64,000 bases of DNA, taken from assembly GCA_016218585.1 (NCBI GenBank), contig JACRDK010000031.1, positions 1,764 to 65,763 on the forward strand, read 5' to 3'. Made by a program: the position numbers and the translations under genes. The notes beneath the pieces are model-generated. The model was given only the letters and a program-made list of their open reading frames with translations. It ran no database searches and was not told where the DNA came from. This stretch comes from Candidatus Doudnabacteria bacterium (GTDB taxonomy: Bacteria; Patescibacteriota; Doudnabacteria; UBA920). Shown here in pieces: positions 28,067-37,675 of this stretch; within the stretch, counting starts at the first letter, position 1; each line of letters opens with the position of its first letter.

Positions 28067-28474
28067 ATGATTCTCAAAATCAATCTCCCCCTGGCGCTTG
28101 CTCTTCTGACCACCTGTGTGGCGTTTGCTGGCCCCCCACCTCCGGGCTCAAAGAACGTTAATGCAGCCATGGTCTATGTCGAAACGGCGACGTGTGACAA
28201 CGGCAGCGCACTGATCATCATCAGTGAGGAAAAAGCCGGCGCGATCAACGTCAACGAAGCGGCGATTCGTGTCGCCAACAACACCACGGTCGTCGGCGCG
28301 TCTGCCAACATCGTGGGAAGATCCGACAGTGGAAACGTAGCGACCAATGTTGCGGCGATCCCCAACAACGGCACTAACGCCACTGTGGCGGGCAACAGCC
28401 CAACCGGCGTGGCTCGTAGCGGCCCCTCCAATGCCGCTGCGGACGCGGTCGAGGAAGTATACCTCGGCGATTGA
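28067..28474 (+). CDS. Hypothetical secreted protein, GC-rich ORFan (Ala/Asn/Val-rich)
   Basis: Signal peptide MILKINLPLALALLTTCVAFAG, then PPPPGS. About 57% GC in 28201-28260 versus ~32-42% in flanking host genes. Confidence 0.5.
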   Translation: MILKINLPLALALLTTCVAFAGPPPPGSKNVNAAMVYVETATCDNGSALIIISEEKAGAINVNEAAIRVANNTTVVGASANIVGRSDSGNVATNVAAIPNNGTNATVAGNSPTGVARSGPSNAAADAVEEVYLGD

Positions 28475-28721
28475 CTTTCCCTCCGACATCTTGTCGGGGG
28501 CGCTCAACAACGGTAGCTAACTTTCCCCTCAGCACTTCGCTGAGGGAACATGAAACCTAACCACGTGTCTGCGGCCAACCGCAAACACTTAACGGACATA
28601 ACGTCTCCAAAGGGCCGGCAAGCGCACAATGCGTCTGCCGGCTCTTCACATTTTTAGCAAAATTTTTTGACAAATCTCTCAAATTTATATAAGGTTGCTT
28701 TATCTAGCCAAGGAGGCATAG

Positions 28722-29258
28722 ATGAAACTTGCAACTCTCGCATTACTTTCTACCTCTTTGGCCTTTGGCCAATGGGTGGCAACGAGGCCGCCATCGTATG
28801 TAAGACTTGTGCCGGATGATTATTTTCTTTCCTCCCGGCAAACCACTGAGACTCTGGTCTCAGTTCCGACAATCAAACGCTCTCTTTTCGCTTTTAGCCG
28901 CGACTATGAGCGAACGGACAACGAACCACTGGTCTTCTTGGGACCGGAGGCCGCCCAATTGCAACTGGAAGTGCTAAAAAGAAACTGGCACCCCATAGAT
29001 GGCAACATCTGGCGGCAACTTAGTCATGTCTTTAAGGAAGGCTTTGCCAACTTGGGCGCATTAAATGCCGCCACGGTCTACTACCGGCAATATGGCCTCG
29101 CAACCACCCCTTCGCCGCATGACCCAATGGCCATGCGGAACTACGAGCGCGAGCACGATGTTATCCGCAGGCTGTACGGACCAATCCTCAAGTCTTTAAA
29201 AGGCTCAGCCGGAGCCCAGCTCCGGCACGACCTGCGAAAATTGTTGACGTTGAAGTAA
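28722..29258 (+). CDS. Hypothetical secreted protein, GC-rich ORFan
   Basis: Signal peptide MKLATLALLSTSLAFGQ. High GC. Followed by a terminator hairpin at 29267-29303. Confidence 0.5.
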   Translation: MKLATLALLSTSLAFGQWVATRPPSYVRLVPDDYFLSSRQTTETLVSVPTIKRSLFAFSRDYERTDNEPLVFLGPEAAQLQLEVLKRNWHPIDGNIWRQLSHVFKEGFANLGALNAATVYYRQYGLATTPSPHDPMAMRNYEREHDVIRRLYGPILKSLKGSAGAQLRHDLRKLLTLK

Positions 29259-29266
29259 TGCAAAAA

Positions 29267-29310
29267 CGCCGTCCCGCCCTTTGATAAAAAGAGCGGGACG
29301 GCGAATTTGT
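29267..29310 (+). terminator. Terminator-like hairpin CGCCGTCCCGC…GCGGGACGGCG after the 28722-29258 gene
   Basis: Perfect 11-bp GC-rich inverted repeat with a 15-nt loop, then an AT-rich tail. Confidence 0.55.
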
Positions 29311-29321
29311 TTGTATATAAA

Positions 29322-29882
29322 TTATCGCATTAAAGGCTCAAAAACCATCAACACATTGCCATTTTTAAATTCTCTGCTGCGAATAAATTTGAGATTCTGT
29401 TTATTATTCTTGCCTTTAAACAAAGGCTTGCCTTCTCCTAAAACAACAGGGTTAACCATTAACCTGTATTCATCAACCAGCCCCATAGCGGTAAATTGTT
29501 GAACCAACTGGCCGCTGCCAAAAATATAAATATCCTTGCCCGGCTGTGTTTTTATTTTTTTAATTTCCTCAACATCAATATCTTTAACCAATTGCGTATT
29601 TTGCCAATCGGGATGTTGCAGCATTTTAGAAAAAACTACTTTTGGCAAAGAATTCATTAAGCCGGCCACTATCGGATCGGTTTTTAACACCTGTTCGCTT
29701 GGCCAATAATTTGCCATCAATTCGTATGTTACGCGGCCAAACCATAAACTGCCCGCTTCTTGCAGCTGCTTGATGGCAAAATCATTAAATTCATCGTCAA
29801 CCTTATGCCAATCTATTTCTCCATTTGGCCCGGCAAAATAACCGTCCACGGTAACTAAATTAAAAACAATTATTTTTTTCAT
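29322..29882 (-). CDS. Dihydrofolate-reductase-like (RibD C-terminal domain family) protein
   Basis: VFNLVTVDGYFAGPNGEIDW… and …IYIFGSGQLVQQFTAMGLVDEYRLMVNPVVLGEGKPLF, typical of the RibD_C/YwjB family. Confidence 0.85.
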   Translation of the reverse strand: MKKIIVFNLVTVDGYFAGPNGEIDWHKVDDEFNDFAIKQLQEAGSLWFGRVTYELMANYWPSEQVLKTDPIVAGLMNSLPKVVFSKMLQHPDWQNTQLVKDIDVEEIKKIKTQPGKDIYIFGSGQLVQQFTAMGLVDEYRLMVNPVVLGEGKPLFKGKNNKQNLKFIRSREFKNGNVLMVFEPLMR

Positions 29883-29980
29883 AAAATTAAAATTAATTAT
29901 TAATACTATAAAAGGCCGCGAGGAAAATTTCCCGGCGGCCTAAAATTTTTGCTGTGACTCTAGGCCATCGAACCAAACTT

Positions 29981-30655
29981 CTACCTTTTATAATTGGGGC
30001 AAACCACATTACACTTGTTTTGAGAGCAGACGGAAGTATAGGGGCAGTTGGAACGCATTAAATACTCCGGGGGCGTCTGGCAATCATTATCAACCTTACA
30101 GGCAATGTCCAAAACTTTTTCCACTTTATAGGAATCTAAGGAATAGCCAATCGGCAAAGTTTTATTAATCGGCGGATGAGAATTTATCTGCCAGATTGTA
30201 AAGTTTAAAAATCCGGCAAAACTTACCCATAAAATATAGGGCACCAGCAGCCACGCGGCTTTTTTTGAAATTTTGACAAATAAAATTATGTTGGCCAAAA
30301 TTGCCAGCCACAAAATAATTATTTCCGCAAAAGCCCCGCCTAAATTACGTTGGCCAAAAAATATTGCCGACCAAGCCACATTTAAAACTAATTGCGCCAT
30401 AAAAACCGCGAGCGCGATTTTAACCTGTTTTCTGTCCCAGCCTTTTTGCCAAACCAAAAACGCCGCAATACCCATAAATAAAAATAGCGTTGTCCATACC
30501 GGGCCAAAAACCCATGACGGCGGGTTAAAACTTGGTTTAACTAATTCGGTATACCAGGAGGCAATATTTGGCGCCGTAAAAATTGAGCCAATGCCCCCTG
30601 CTAATTCGGCAACTACTACCCAAACTATAAGCATTGCAATGTTTTTTATTTTCAT
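29981..30655 (-). CDS. tspO: TspO/MBR (tryptophan-rich sensory protein) with C-terminal Cys-rich extension
   Basis: Five-TM Trp-rich TspO pattern (SWYTELVKPSFNPPSWVFGPVWTTLF…). The extra ~50-aa C-terminal tail has 8 Cys (CKVDNDCQTPPEYLMRSNCPYTSVCSQNKCNVVCPNYKR). Confidence 0.85.
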   Translation of the reverse strand: MKIKNIAMLIVWVVVAELAGGIGSIFTAPNIASWYTELVKPSFNPPSWVFGPVWTTLFLFMGIAAFLVWQKGWDRKQVKIALAVFMAQLVLNVAWSAIFFGQRNLGGAFAEIIILWLAILANIILFVKISKKAAWLLVPYILWVSFAGFLNFTIWQINSHPPINKTLPIGYSLDSYKVEKVLDIACKVDNDCQTPPEYLMRSNCPYTSVCSQNKCNVVCPNYKR

Positions 30656-30694
30656 ATATTCAATTATTTTTTCTTACCTTAAGTTTACAACATT

Positions 30695-31468
30695 TTAAAA
30701 AGATTCGCTAAGCCATTTTAGCAACTGCTCAATTTCCCTTTGATTTTTTAAATAATATTTTGCCCGGCTGCCATTTTTCTTCCCGACCCGAATGCTTACC
30801 CCTTGTTTTATTGCTGCAAAAGCGTCTTCATCTGTAGTGTCGTCACCCACATAAATGGGAGCAAATTTTTGCATAAACTTTTTTTGGTAATAATTTAAGC
30901 AAAACAACGCGATTTTCCCCTTATTCCAATTTATATTTGGCCTCAATTCAATTACCATTTTACCGTGGACAACTTTTATATTACCCGTCTTTAAAAACGG
31001 GCCGACAGCTTTTTTAACTTCGCGCTTAAATTTAAAAATAAGCTTTGGGCTTAACAAGCGATAGTGCAAAGACAATGAATATTTTTTATTTTCTAACAAT
31101 GTCCCCGGATAATTTTTTTTAGCCTGTTTAAACCATTGAATAATGGCCGGGAAGCTTTTTACCGCCAAATTTGCTTCGGCAACTATTTCCTTGTTGCCAG
31201 CTATCTTCCACTCCAGGCCATGGTTGCCGGCATAAGACAGAGTGCTTAGCCCGACCTTCTTTTGCACGTCGGCTAAAGCCCGCCCTGAAATTATTGCCGC
31301 CGGAAACCGGCCAGCGCAAGCCCGCAGCTTAACGCGGACAGGCTCGGGTAAAATTGCCAAACCCGGGGTGGGCGCAATGGGGCTTAATGTGCCGTCAAAA
31401 TCCAGCATCAACAAAGGACGCTTTAATTTTCTTTTTATTTCCGGCAAGCAATCAAATACATATTTCAT
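30695..31468 (-). CDS. otsB: Trehalose-6-phosphate phosphatase (HAD-IIB)
   Basis: Motif I LLMLDFDGTLSPI and …IYVGDDTTDEDAF. Immediately downstream of otsA on the same strand. Confidence 0.8.
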   Translation of the reverse strand: MKYVFDCLPEIKRKLKRPLLMLDFDGTLSPIAPTPGLAILPEPVRVKLRACAGRFPAAIISGRALADVQKKVGLSTLSYAGNHGLEWKIAGNKEIVAEANLAVKSFPAIIQWFKQAKKNYPGTLLENKKYSLSLHYRLLSPKLIFKFKREVKKAVGPFLKTGNIKVVHGKMVIELRPNINWNKGKIALFCLNYYQKKFMQKFAPIYVGDDTTDEDAFAAIKQGVSIRVGKKNGSRAKYYLKNQREIEQLLKWLSESF

Positions 31469-31469
31469 T

Positions 31470-33689
31470 TTAACCTAAATTAATAATGGCCCTTAAAAAT
31501 TCCGCCGCCCAACGGTAAATATTATAATTTTTTACCGCCTCGCGCATTTTTTTCATTCGCCTGTGCTGTTCGGCGGCCGGCATAGTAATGGCTTTATAAA
31601 TTGCCTCAGCCGTTTCCTCCGCGCTATAAGGATTTATAATAATTGCGTCTTTCAAATCGCGCGCCGCCCCGGTAAACTGGCTCAACACCAGAACTCCGGC
31701 TTCGTCGTTTCTGGCGGAAACAAACTCCTTAGCCACCAAATTCATACCGTCGTGCAGCGGGGTAACCAAACAAATGTTCGCCGCCCGATATAGCGGAAAA
31801 ATTTCCTCGTGGGTATGATTTTCTTTTAATAAAACTATAGGCTTCCAGCCATTGTTTTCATATTTATTGTTTATCCGCTCCGCTTCGCGAGTTACCTCAG
31901 CGTTAAACTGGCGGTATTTTTCCACTCCTTCGCGGCTCGGCGGGGCAATCTGCACAAAAGTAAACTGCTCTTTATAGGCCGGATACATTTCAAAAAAGAA
32001 CTCCAACCCCTTAAACCGTTCCATAATTCCTTTTGTATAATCCAATCTGTCCACGCCAACGCCTAAAAACTTTGGCTTTAAATCCAATTTTTCTAAAAGT
32101 TCCGACTTGTGCGGCACATCTTCCGCCTCGGTATTGCTAAACGGCACGCTAATAGGAAAGGGTTTTATATACGTAGTGTGGCCTTTGTGGGTAATGGCAA
32201 ATTTTTCCAAATCCGTTAAGGATTCAATTTCCTTGCCCACGGTTTCCAAAAAATTATTGCAATACTGCTGGGTATGAAAGCCTAAAACATCCGCGCCTAA
32301 CATCCCTTCCAAAATTTCCTTGCGCCAGGGGCACACGCTAAAAACTTCCGCATTTGGCCAGGGAATATGCCAAAACATTCCCACTTCCGCGTCGGGGCGG
32401 CTATTTTTTATCATCTCGGGCAGCAGGGCAAAATGATAGTCCTGAATTAAAATAACCGGGCGCTGAACATTTTTTATTTCCGCCAATAGCGCCTGGGCAA
32501 ATTTGCCGTTAACTTTTCGGTACTGCAGCCAATCCTCTTTTCGAAAAATTGGTCTGGTGTGGGCCATGTGGCAAAGCGGCCATAGCGCTTCGTTTGAAAA
32601 TCCAACATAGTGCCCCTGAATTTCTTTTTCATTTAACCAAATTCTCTTTAACGTATATTGGGGTTCTTCCGGAGGAACTTGAATTTTTCCTTCCGCGTCA
32701 GATGTAATTTTATCCGCGCTGCCGGAGCCGTGAGCCAGCCACATGCCGCCGCAGGCCTCCATTATCGGCTCAAGCGCGGTAACCAAACCAGCGGCCGGAA
32801 CCTCCCAGGTTATTTCATTTTTTATTTTAGAATGTATATAAGGCTCGCGGTTGGAAACAACAAAAATTTTTCTTTCTTTAAAATAAGCCTTAAAAAATTC
32901 CTTAAGCCTCTCTGCCGTCCAGGGCGAGTCAATTTTCTCCAGGCGCATTCTCGCCTCCTCGCTAGCAGCGGTTCTAGCCAGCACCAAACTCTGGGACATT
33001 TTTGTTATTTCCGCTACAATCGGCTTAAAAAATCCGTGGCTTTTTTGCATAGCGGAATCTCCACCGGCCTGGCCGCTGCGGGCCTGGCGAATCGCCTCCG
33101 CCATTTTAACTATCGGGGCGTAAATAATCCAGCGCAAAATTAATACCACCGCAATGGCAAACAACAGCGACTGGACCAGCAAACGAAGTAAATTATTTTT
33201 CCAAGTGTCAGATATGCTCGCGTCTATATAATCAGCGCGTTGATATACAACAACGGAACCGATAACTTTTTCGTCCTGATGCAGCGGAGATGCAAGTATA
33301 TAAACTTTGCCCGGCATCTGCGGAGAAAATGCGCCGACCGCGCTGTCGGAATCCATGGATTTTTCCGGAATTTGCGGATCTTCTACTAATTCATTCGGCA
33401 GGCCGGCTGAGACTGCGAATAATTCCCCTTTATTGTCAAACACGGCCAAACCAAGCAGGCGCTCTCTCCCTGCAAATTTGTTCAGCAAACTCTGCAAAGT
33501 TGAGGTCGCTTTCACAACATAAGCGGGACGAATTGACTCCTTGAAACTATCGGCTAACAGTGTGCTGCGCCGCTGCAAGTCATCCATTAACGAAGCCTGC
33601 TGCTGGTGAACTTGGGTGTAAGTAAAACCAATTACCACCAAGCTCACCACAATAACCACAGCAGCAATTGATGCTAGAAGTTGTTTCAT
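31470..33689 (-). CDS. otsA: Trehalose-6-phosphate synthase (GT20) with ~270-aa N-terminal two-TM sensor-like extension
   Basis: GT20 core begins at …RKIFVVSNREPYIHS…AGGLVTALEPIM… (≈470 aa). Before it come a TM helix (IAAVVIVVSLVVIGFTY), a ~140-aa extracytoplasmic segment, a second TM (LLRLLVQSLLFAIAVVLILRWIIYAPIV) and a HAMP-like linker. Confidence 0.85.
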   Translation of the reverse strand: MKQLLASIAAVVIVVSLVVIGFTYTQVHQQQASLMDDLQRRSTLLADSFKESIRPAYVVKATSTLQSLLNKFAGRERLLGLAVFDNKGELFAVSAGLPNELVEDPQIPEKSMDSDSAVGAFSPQMPGKVYILASPLHQDEKVIGSVVVYQRADYIDASISDTWKNNLLRLLVQSLLFAIAVVLILRWIIYAPIVKMAEAIRQARSGQAGGDSAMQKSHGFFKPIVAEITKMSQSLVLARTAASEEARMRLEKIDSPWTAERLKEFFKAYFKERKIFVVSNREPYIHSKIKNEITWEVPAAGLVTALEPIMEACGGMWLAHGSGSADKITSDAEGKIQVPPEEPQYTLKRIWLNEKEIQGHYVGFSNEALWPLCHMAHTRPIFRKEDWLQYRKVNGKFAQALLAEIKNVQRPVILIQDYHFALLPEMIKNSRPDAEVGMFWHIPWPNAEVFSVCPWRKEILEGMLGADVLGFHTQQYCNNFLETVGKEIESLTDLEKFAITHKGHTTYIKPFPISVPFSNTEAEDVPHKSELLEKLDLKPKFLGVGVDRLDYTKGIMERFKGLEFFFEMYPAYKEQFTFVQIAPPSREGVEKYRQFNAEVTREAERINNKYENNGWKPIVLLKENHTHEEIFPLYRAANICLVTPLHDGMNLVAKEFVSARNDEAGVLVLSQFTGAARDLKDAIIINPYSAEETAEAIYKAITMPAAEQHRRMKKMREAVKNYNIYRWAAEFLRAIINLG

Positions 33690-33916
33690 AAAAATTATCT
33701 TTGCTAAAAAAAACGGGCGCAGCCGGCTTTAGTTTTTCCTAAATCCCTGACCACCACCCTGGTAACATTAATTTACTTCCTGCCTCTATTATATCACCCT
33801 GTGGGTAATAAAACAGCTTAATTATTCAAAATTACGCTTAATTATAAGGCTAAAAATTAATTTTGCTTTAATAGTGAGCGAGAAACAAAATTTTTTAAAT
33901 ATGATAAAATCAGTGT

Positions 33917-35179
33917 ATGAAAACATTACTTGCCGTAAATCCGGCAAAGCAGCAGTTCAGGCCTTATCGCCAATTTAATCCGGCTGGATTTAATAAATGC
34001 ATAAACCTGGCCCGGCAGCTTAAAGGCGCTCGGATTATTCATATTAACTCTGCCGCCATAGGCGGCGGGGTGGCGGAATTGTTGAAAAACCAAGTTCCTC
34101 TGGAAAAAAGTTTAGGGGTAAATTCTTCCTGGCTGGTTTTGCAATTGCCAAAACAATTCTTTTTTATTACCAAAAAAATTCACAACCTGCTGCAAGGGCA
34201 AAAAGGCTTTCTTTCTGAACCGGAAAAAAAATACTATACCAATAAACTGGCCAAACCAGGAATGGAACTGCAAAAAATTATTAGTTCATCGCCCCAGCCA
34301 ACTGTTGTAATTTTGCACGACCCGCAAACCCTTCCGCTAATAGACTACTTGCCCGCTTCAGTTTCCACCGTGGTTCGTTTGCACATTGACACATCTTCGG
34401 CAAATAAATCTATGCTTCAAACCCTCAAACCATTTTTAGAAAAAGCCGACAAAGTTATTGTAAGCCACAAACAATACGCTCCTCCGTGGTTGAATAAAAA
34501 AAAGCTGCTGGTAAGCTACCCGGCCATAAGTCCATTTACTTTAAAAAACCACGCCCTAAGCAAAAAACAAATTTTGCAACTCTTCAAACATTTTCGCATA
34601 GATACAACCAGGCCAATAATGGCGCAAATTTCCCGCTTCGACCCCTGGAAAGATCCGGAAGGGGTAATAGAAAGTTATTATCTGGCCAAAAAAACTATTC
34701 CAAAACTGCAGCTGGTTTTAGAAGGAGTAATGGAAGCAAAAGATGACCCGCAGGCCGAAGGAATTTATAACCGGCTAAAAATGGAGCACCAAAACGATCC
34801 CGATATTTTTTTGCACGGGAAAAAAACTCTTTCCGACACTGCATACCAAACCTGGATAAACGCCCTTCAAAGCCAATCGAATGTGATTTTGCAAAAGTCT
34901 TTGCGGGAAGGTTTTGGGCTTACCGTCACCGAAGCCCTGTGGAAGGGCAAGGCGGTAATTGGCGGAAATGCTTTAGGAATTAAGGCGCAAATAAAAAATG
35001 GCCGTAACGGATTTATTGTTAAATCCCCGGCCGAATGCGCTAAACGAGTTATTCAGATTATTCAAAACCCCTCACTGGCTAAAAAATTGGGTGCAGAAGG
35101 TAAAAACACAGTCCGCAAAAATTTTCTGTTTAACCGCTTAATTTTAGACTTTTTAAAACTTTATGCTGAAGTGCTATAA
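33917..35179 (+). CDS. GT4-family glycosyltransferase, possibly trehalose glycosyltransferring synthase (TreT-like)
   Basis: N-terminal INSAAIGGGVAELL and C-terminal GT1/GT4 motif …EGFGLTVTEALWKGKAVIGG. Lies beside the otsA/otsB pair. Confidence 0.55.
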   Translation: MKTLLAVNPAKQQFRPYRQFNPAGFNKCINLARQLKGARIIHINSAAIGGGVAELLKNQVPLEKSLGVNSSWLVLQLPKQFFFITKKIHNLLQGQKGFLSEPEKKYYTNKLAKPGMELQKIISSSPQPTVVILHDPQTLPLIDYLPASVSTVVRLHIDTSSANKSMLQTLKPFLEKADKVIVSHKQYAPPWLNKKKLLVSYPAISPFTLKNHALSKKQILQLFKHFRIDTTRPIMAQISRFDPWKDPEGVIESYYLAKKTIPKLQLVLEGVMEAKDDPQAEGIYNRLKMEHQNDPDIFLHGKKTLSDTAYQTWINALQSQSNVILQKSLREGFGLTVTEALWKGKAVIGGNALGIKAQIKNGRNGFIVKSPAECAKRVIQIIQNPSLAKKLGAEGKNTVRKNFLFNRLILDFLKLYAEVL

Positions 35180-35228
35180 AATAACAGGGCAGGCTAAAAC
35201 TAGCCGCCCTGTTATTTATTTTTAGGTT

Positions 35229-36752
35229 TTATTTTCTATGGCCAGCTTGCTTTCTTCTTAGCATAAAATAATTTAGCCAGCCAAAAATTGCAAAAATAAA
35301 CAGGATTGCAATAATAATATTTTCAATAGTAAGTAAGCCGGAAACAAGGGACATTACACCGGCAATTCTGGTCAAGTATGTTTGTTTAACATTTATAATA
35401 ATACGGGCCGACTTTAAATCCGCTACTTCTGCCCACATAACATAGGAACCCAAGGCGGCTATTGGCTCGCTGCGGAAAGAAAAATTACCAAGTTCGTCCG
35501 ATTTCACCACATAAGCCCGGCTAATGCCATCCTCGGTTGTTAATAAAATATTTACTTTTGAATTAGCCGGAGCTTGTCCTTGAGCTTTAATCCTGCCCCC
35601 TTCTTTAATCTCCGCGGAATAATCCTTAATTGCCAAAACCGCTTGTTGTTTAAACTCAATATTGGCTTTGGCGGATGCAAGGTTGCCCGCAAAATCATAG
35701 GCTTCAACTTCCACCAAGTGCATTCCGGAAGAAATGCCTTCCGATAAAATTGAGGCGGAACCGTCTTTAGCCGGAATTTTTATAGCTTCTTGGCCGTCAA
35801 TTTTTACTAAAAAGTAATCAATGCCTGAAAGAGCGTCGTGAGCTGAAATTATCGGCAAGGTCTTGCTGTCACCTTGATTAATTGCCAAACTTTCCGGCGC
35901 CGCGGTATCCACTTGCACTTTATAAGCGGCTGTTTTTGTCCAAGCCCCATTAACTAAAAATCTGGAGTTAAAATACCAGGTACCGTCTTTAATATCTTCA
36001 ACGGCAATAGTGCTCACAGCCGGCTTGCGCAACACCCTGGGCACCGACAACGCTGTGCTGTCAAAGGAAGTTTGGCTGGCGCTTGTCCCCGGCGGCAGCT
36101 TCCACGAAAATATTGCCTTGGTTTGATTGTACCATTTGTTGCTATCCGGATGAGTGGCGGAATAAACCGCGGCTTGCGGCTGGAACTGCGCGCTGGCAGC
36201 GGGAGTGATATTTTTATTTTCCGCATTCTGGTCTCCTGCCTTATTCTCAGGGACAGGGGTATCTTTGGCTTGAACTAAAATAAACTGCGCCTGGCCTTTA
36301 GCTTGCAGCAGCTCGGTCCCTAAACCGTCATTTGCCAATACAGAACCGGAAGAAAAATAAATAGACGCCGACCCTGAAGCTTTAGCGCGAAAGGAAATAG
36401 TTAAAGCCGCGCCCGAAGCTCCGGCGTAGCCGGGAGTTGGAAGGCCGCCGTTAAAAGAAACCGTGCCGGCCTGGTTGGAAAAAGCGGGCTCTTCTACCCA
36501 CAAAGAAAAAATTGACCCGGACTTTGACAGCGAAACCACTTCCAGTAAATCAGTTGGAAAATTAATTACAGCCTGGGAATTATTTATGGGCCTGTTATCT
36601 GTATTTATTAACACCTGAACATTTACTATATTACCGACGGAGACTTCCTTGGTGCTGGGCGAAAAATACAAAGAAGCGGCCTTAGCCGAACCTACGTTCA
36701 GCACAAGGAAGAATAGAGCGGCAATAAATGCTAAAAGAAACTTTTTTTTCAT
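35229..36752 (-). CDS. Cohesin-like domain surface protein with C-terminal TM anchor (paralog of 36755-37675)
   Basis: Signal peptide + cohesin-like beta-sandwich segment (LYFSPSTKEVSVGNIVNVQVLINTDNRPINNSQAVINFPTDLLEVVSLSKSGSIFSLWVEEP…). C-terminal TM + RRKQAGHRK. Start set at MKKKFLL. Confidence 0.55.
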   Translation of the reverse strand: MKKKFLLAFIAALFFLVLNVGSAKAASLYFSPSTKEVSVGNIVNVQVLINTDNRPINNSQAVINFPTDLLEVVSLSKSGSIFSLWVEEPAFSNQAGTVSFNGGLPTPGYAGASGAALTISFRAKASGSASIYFSSGSVLANDGLGTELLQAKGQAQFILVQAKDTPVPENKAGDQNAENKNITPAASAQFQPQAAVYSATHPDSNKWYNQTKAIFSWKLPPGTSASQTSFDSTALSVPRVLRKPAVSTIAVEDIKDGTWYFNSRFLVNGAWTKTAAYKVQVDTAAPESLAINQGDSKTLPIISAHDALSGIDYFLVKIDGQEAIKIPAKDGSASILSEGISSGMHLVEVEAYDFAGNLASAKANIEFKQQAVLAIKDYSAEIKEGGRIKAQGQAPANSKVNILLTTEDGISRAYVVKSDELGNFSFRSEPIAALGSYVMWAEVADLKSARIIINVKQTYLTRIAGVMSLVSGLLTIENIIIAILFIFAIFGWLNYFMLRRKQAGHRK

Positions 36753-36754
36753 GA

Positions 36755-37675
36755 TTAAGCTTTGGAACTTTTTTTCTTTTTGTATTTTATAAAGGTTACT
36801 CCTATTAACAACAAAGATAAAACAATAACAATAAATTGCCAAAGCCCAAAAGATTTTGCTTTTAACTTGGCCGGATCAACAACAATTACGCTGGTATTTC
36901 CGGCTTTGTCAAAAGCCGCAATTTTAACCTGCGACTTCAAAGACTGGTCTTTTAACACGTAAGGGCTTTCACTATTTATTGCCGGCAAATCGCCTTCCTG
37001 AACCTGAAAATAATTTACTCCGGAAGATTGGTCCGCGGATGAAAAACTCAAAAAATATTTGCCGCCAAACATGGAAGAATCCCGTCCCAACGCAACATTT
37101 AAGTTTTCCGGGGGCGTTTTATCGCTAGCTAAAATTTTTGTCCACGCATCGCTTGCCGCCGGCTGTTTCAAACCGGCATTTATGGTAATTTGTTTTGACG
37201 CGGTCGTTAACGTTTCTTTTGTGCCTTTGCCGTCGGCCAGGTAGGCTGAGGAGTCTGGGGAAATATTTATTTCCGCATCTCCTGAAGATTTAGCTAAAAA
37301 GACAATGCTGAGTATTTTACCGTTGCCGCTATTTTGCGTCGTTCCGCCGGTAAAAAATATTTTTCCGCTGTCGTTTGAATACACCGGCGTCCTGGTCCAA
37401 AGATTAAACACAGACCCGCCGGTACTTATATCCCGAACTTCCAATTTACTCGCGTCAAAATTTACCATTCCGTCAACAACATTAATTTTTTCTCCCGCGC
37501 TGTCCAGCCTTAACTCAACCAAAAATTCGTCTCCCGCGTTAAACTCGCGATTTTCTGCAGACAAGGTCAAATTCGCTGCTTCCGCCGCAACAGGCATTAC
37601 AAGCATCATCAACAGAGCAACTATTAAATTTTTATACTTTTGTCCCATATTCATTGTTATTTTTTTGCGGTCCAA
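36755..37675 (-). CDS. Cohesin-like domain surface protein with C-terminal TM anchor
   Basis: Same architecture and clear paralogy (LTLSAENREFNAGDEFLVELRLDSAGEKINVVDGMVNFDASKLEVRDISTGGSVFNLWTRTP…). C-terminal TM LWQFIVIVLSLLLIGVTFI + KYKKKKSSKA. Confidence 0.55.
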   Translation of the reverse strand: MDRKKITMNMGQKYKNLIVALLMMLVMPVAAEAANLTLSAENREFNAGDEFLVELRLDSAGEKINVVDGMVNFDASKLEVRDISTGGSVFNLWTRTPVYSNDSGKIFFTGGTTQNSGNGKILSIVFLAKSSGDAEINISPDSSAYLADGKGTKETLTTASKQITINAGLKQPAASDAWTKILASDKTPPENLNVALGRDSSMFGGKYFLSFSSADQSSGVNYFQVQEGDLPAINSESPYVLKDQSLKSQVKIAAFDKAGNTSVIVVDPAKLKAKSFGLWQFIVIVLSLLLIGVTFIKYKKKKSSKA

